A stretch of 63,980 nucleotides of DNA, the filler included, from Asterionella formosa (taxonomy: Eukaryota): NCBI GenBank assembly GCA_002256025.1. It is 16 parts of 16 records of this genome, joined end to end, with 100 filler letters (N's around TTAATTAATTAA, not from the genome) between each part and the next. Parts side by side here need not be neighbours in the genome. Positions count along the whole stretch, not along the records: positions 59,791 to 61,120 come from NKIB01002957.1; positions 61,221 to 62,550 come from NKIB01002958.1; positions 62,651 to 63,980 come from NKIB01002959.1; 13 more parts are not named here. One strand, written 5' to 3'. Position numbers and translations under genes: made by a program. Shown here in pieces: positions 60,005 through 63,980 of the stretch. The notes below the pieces were generated by a model. That model saw nothing but the letters and a program-made list of their open reading frames with translations. It was not told the DNA's origin and made no database searches. Within the stretch, counting starts at the first letter, position 1; each line of letters starts with the position of its first letter.

Positions 60005-60772
60005 TACTATTGCGAACATTTGTCCACACATGCATACTAAAAAACTGTAGACTACCGGGTAGGTTGAGTACCATATATACCGGTTGGAGTACCGGTATGC
60101 TGGACGAAGTCATTTTCTTTTATAGATTGCGTACACAGTACCAGTATAATACACCTTGTATTGTACTGTCTAGTAAAGAATGTATATTTGCACAATAATC
60201 CTAAAAAAAGGCAAAAAAATATAAATGAAATTAAACGGGACGATTAACAGTAAATTAAACTCACAAGATTTAAGTTTTTTCTTTAAAAAAATTCTGCCTT
60301 ATTAAATTTACAGATTTTAAAATCTAGAATTTATGAAAAAAGGTTATGTTTAAAAAATTCATTGTTTGAAATTGAGGAAAAATTTATGCAATTAAAAATT
60401 ATACTATTAGTAATATATTCGTACCATCTATCCAATAAAACTATTTTATTCATTGGAATACCTGAGAAAATAATTAGTATTTTAAAAAGAATAAGCGATT
60501 ATCATATATTTTTACCTTCAAAAATTTGGTTAAAAAGAGGTTTTAGTTCAAAAAATTCTGTTCGAAAGCATCCAAAATTTAAAAGCGTAAAAAAAGGTTC
60601 ACAAGAAATAAAATAAATAAACTTTTTATTTTAATAAAAATACCAAAATTAGTTGTTATATGTACTGCACTCCTTGCCATCATGAACAACAGCCGTGAGG
60701 AATGGTTGAGCTGGCTGGGAGTTCCGGGAAAGTCCGAATACTATTGCGAACATTTGTCCACACATGCATACT
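60005..60772. repeat. 34-bp exact direct repeat bracketing a very AT-rich block
   Basis: TACTATTGCGAACATTTGTCCACACATGCATACT at 60005-60038 and 60739-60772. Confidence 0.85.
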
Positions 60773-61220
60773 GCTGTATGTAACATAAACCATACAAAAC
60801 TGTTAGGGTTGCAAATATACCGGTTGACTACGTACGTATCAGTACATCGGTACCATACAGGTAGACTCCCGGTAATAAATGTATACAACAAAGATATGTG
60901 TACAAAGTAGCATACACAGTATCCGGTATGTAGTTCTACTATACTACTATCACAAATCAAAATTGCATGCAGTTACTACTAATACTGCATGCATGTCAAG
61001 ATTTAGTACTGCGTGCATATTAGTTCAGTCGAACTAATCAATCTTGAATAATATTCCAGCCAAAATCCCGTATTGAAATGCTGTGAGAATTTGAACAGCA
61101 TTGATTGCCAAGAACTATATNNNNNNNNNNNNNNNNNNNNNNNNNNNNNNNNNNNNNNNNNNNNTTAATTAATTAANNNNNNNNNNNNNNNNNNNNNNNN
61201 NNNNNNNNNNNNNNNNNNNN

Positions 61221-62336
61221 CCCTTTCGTGTAGAAGGCCTGTTCACTCTTGTTCTTGTTAGTCGTTTTGACGTCATCCCGGACATATAGATCGTAGTAGT
61301 CCCGGATGTCTGTCTTAATCTCTTCGACCGTTAGCGTGTTGCGCGCCAGGCCGAACCTTCCTACTACCAATCTCTTGTAGCTTTCAGGTAGGTTGTTGAT
61401 CATGTGTGCCACATAGGCACCATCCGAAACGGCGGAGCTCGTATTGCCCAATCGTTCCCGGATTCGATCCAACTCCACATACCAGCTGTCGGGGTTCTCG
61501 TTTTCCCCTAGAGTGCACTTCGTCCATTGGTGGGACAAGGCAATGACATTCGCCATGTTGCCTGACTCATACGTAGAAATGAGCTTGTCCCATGCTTCTT
61601 TAGCATTGCCGTTAGGAAACTCGGCACTTCTTGCATTATTTACGTGTCCGAATGGCCCACTCTGGCATGCCATTATCAGACTTGCGTAAGCAACTGTGTT
61701 GCTCCTTCGGATGCATCTCTCGTCAGCATCCGACAACACGATCGTATCGCCCTTTAGGTCTTTCTCTCCTCTTGGTAGTTCGTCACCGTTAAGTATTCCT
61801 TGAAAGTTCTTGTAGCACGCGTATGCGAGAAACTTCGCTTTCCACATGTGCCATTTAGCATCTTGCCCATCGAATGTCGGCAACCTCACTGACGTGTCTT
61901 CGTCACTTCCCATGGTTCCTGAGTAGCCTGTGGCCTTAAAGTGAACGCTTTAAAGCGTGTTGAAAGGTCTCGTACTCCTTCCCGTCTGACGGGTTCCTCT
62001 TACGTAGAACTTACCTGCTATACCACTAGTATTGTTATCTTCTTTCTGCTGCTAGCCTTCGTGCTAGTTTTCGCTATTGACCTTTCTCTGTCAATTCTCA
62101 CTGTTTCTTAATTATAAGATTAAACTAAAACTAAGTTTCAATCCCATTCATCACACTTCGAGAACCTGTTCTTCGTGTTCCCTTTTCGTTGATGTAAACC
62201 TTCTTCTGATTGATCTAAGACATCAATCTCGTTAGCAAGCTTCTTGACATGGGAACGCACCATTTGACTCATTGGACTATAGTCGAGTCCACAGTCCTTG
62301 TGACTCATTATAGCCATTGATGCTATATTCTTGACA
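61221..62336 (-). mobile_element. Copia 5' region: gag (61913 to 61221) and putative 5' LTR/UTR
   Basis: LPTFDGQDAKWHMWKAKFLAYA, GNAKEAWDKL, ENPDSWYVEL and HMINNLPESY gag motifs. Possible LTR start TGTCAAG at 62336 is tentative. Confidence 0.85.
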
Positions 62337-62653
62337 CAGTTGACGAGGCAGCTTTCTTCTTCCTTTCTTCCTTGTACTTTCGTCCATCCTTCGTCAGAAT
62401 CTTCTACCCTATCTTCTGTATTTTATGACAGTGATGTACTTGCTTTGAGTTCATTATTTATAGATGACATAGCGGCGGTTGCTTCCGACTCCGTGATGAA
62501 GGCATCTGCACTGCTATCATTACTTTGTATGTTTTCTATTTTACCATTGANNNNNNNNNNNNNNNNNNNNNNNNNNNNNNNNNNNNNNNNNNNNTTAATT
62601 AATTAANNNNNNNNNNNNNNNNNNNNNNNNNNNNNNNNNNNNNNNNNNNNAAT

Positions 62654-62979
62654 ATTCAATGCATGTCGCCGTAGTGAGTCGAAATTGAGATGTGCCGCGA
62701 TGGCTGTCTCCTTCTCGGAGCGGCTACAAATAGTCTACAGCGATAACTCTAGCAAGTACAATATAGAAAAAGAAGGAGAGGAGGAGCAACTGTCAACGAA
62801 TGAATTCGTAAAATTGTTTAGAAACAGCTGTTGCATATTTTAACATTCAATGCATGTCGCCGTAGTGAGTCAAAATTGAGATGTGCCGCAATGGCCTTCT
62901 CCTTTTCGGAGCGGCTACAAATAGTCTACAGCGATAACTCTAGCAAGTACAATATAGAAAAAGAAGGAAAGGATGAGCA
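62654..62979. repeat. ~135-bp direct repeat at 191-bp spacing
   Basis: ATTCAATGCATGTCGCC...GAGCA at 62654-62788 and 62845-62979 with few mismatches. Confidence 0.92.
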
Positions 62980-63950
62980 GAAATTGTACGCATCCTGATG
63001 ACCAATTTGATCAATATATGTCGGCATTGACCTCGTGTACATCGAATACTTTTCTAGATAGAAATCAGCCTTAAAATGGTGGAGCAACCAAGATGGTGAG
63101 GAATTTTTGTTGCCACAGCAATTACAATCAGTCCACAAGCACCGAAAATTTTATTTCACATCCTGATAAACAATTTGATCAAAATATGTTCGTTCTTAGT
63201 ATATCGACATTCATTATGACGCCATTGATGTCGTGTTGTTCATCGAATACTATGATTGATAAAAATTAGAATTAAATTGGTGGAGAAAGATGGTTTGTAT
63301 TTTTTGTTGCCACAGCACTGATGATCAGTCCACAAGCATCCGAAAATTTACACATCCGGAGGCCTCCTTTGATCAATATACGTTCGGTCTGAGCATATGA
63401 ACCTTCGACATGACTGCATTGATTTTGTGTACATCAAATACTATGCTAGATACAAATCTGCCTTAAATTGGTTGAGAAGGGTTGTTTGGAATTTTTGTTG
63501 CTACTGCACTAATGATCAAGCCACAAGTACCGAAAATTTACACACCATCCTGATGAGCAATTTGATCAATGTATGTTCGTTCTGAGCGAGCATATCGACA
63601 TTCGAAATATCGGCATTGAAATCTCGTATAAATCGAATACTATGCTAGATAGAAATTGACAATGAATTGGTAGAGAAAGATGAATTGGAAGTTTGGTTGT
63701 TAAAGCAGTGGTCCTAAAATTTACACATCCTGATGCCTCCTTTGGACAATATACGTTCGTTTTGAGCATATCGACATTCGACAAGAAGCCTTTGATTTCG
63801 GGTACATCAAATAATATATTAGATAGAAATCGGCATCAAATTGGTTGAGAAAGAAATGAATTGGAATTTAGGTTGCTACAGCACTGGTCATCAGTCCACA
63901 GCAAGCACCGAAAATTTTACGCATCCTGATGACGAATTTGATCAATACTG
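62980..63950. repeat. Diverged tandem satellite, ~170-196-bp unit, about 5 copies
   Basis: Recurring CATCCTGATG..TTTGATCAATA..TCGACAT..CATCGAATAC..TAGATAGAAAT..GTCCACAAGCACCGAAAATTT, anchored near 62991, 63159, 63353, 63546, 63726 and 63922. Confidence 0.85.
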
Positions 63951-63980
63951 ACTAAGCATAGACTGCGCCAGCTTTTTCTG

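Noticed and set aside
21969..62606. Regularly spaced TTAATTAATTAA palindromes (~1430-bp period after 43985) suggesting an array or cassette system
   Set aside because: Always embedded in 44+44 N. This is a six-frame-stop linker joining similar-length contigs, so it is an assembly artefact.
62980..63950. Hammerhead ribozyme (CTGATGA...GAAA) or CRISPR array in the satellite
   Set aside because: No stem II pairing between the core motifs and the motif is not conserved between units. No repeat-unique spacer structure and no cas genes.
44041..63980. Apparent cluster of SIT, transposons and repeats, and apparent linkage of SIT to the silaffin-like genes
   Set aside because: The pieces are unrelated contigs; adjacency carries no biological information.

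Overview
Eukaryotic nuclear DNA from a diatom, judged by a SIT silicon transporter, CoDi-type copia fragments, short GT-AG introns and silaffin-like Lys/Gly proteins. The species cannot be fixed from sequence alone. The window is not one locus: it is 16 assembly pieces joined by an artificial 100-bp spacer (44 N, TTAATTAATTAA, 44 N). These are two ~21.9-kb scaffolds (1-21924, 22025-43940) and fourteen ~1.33-kb contigs, so neighbourhood across spacers means nothing. Scaffold 1 has TRAPPC8/Trs85, an SDR, a 3-exon secreted M11 metalloprotease fused to a complete Hedgehog-type Hog (Hint + sterol-recognition-like) domain, a histone H1-globular-domain protein, a frameshifted LRR membrane protein and a decayed pogo-like transposon. 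Scaffold 2 has an unknown GRAM-like protein, a tRNA-derived SINE with an 18-bp TSD nested in a TIR element, a head-to-head pair of Lys/Gly-rich proteins fused to a dirigent/AOC-like barrel, an inositol 5-phosphatase, an ankyrin protein and a GT32 glycosyltransferase. The small contigs carry Harbinger, tyrosine-recombinase, copia and pogo fragments, partial SIT, TrhO-like and LETM1-like genes, and ~190-bp tandem repeats. Best candidates for new biology are the protease-Hog fusion, the silaffin-like/dirigent gene pair and the SINE. All family calls come from motif recognition by eye; no searches were run.
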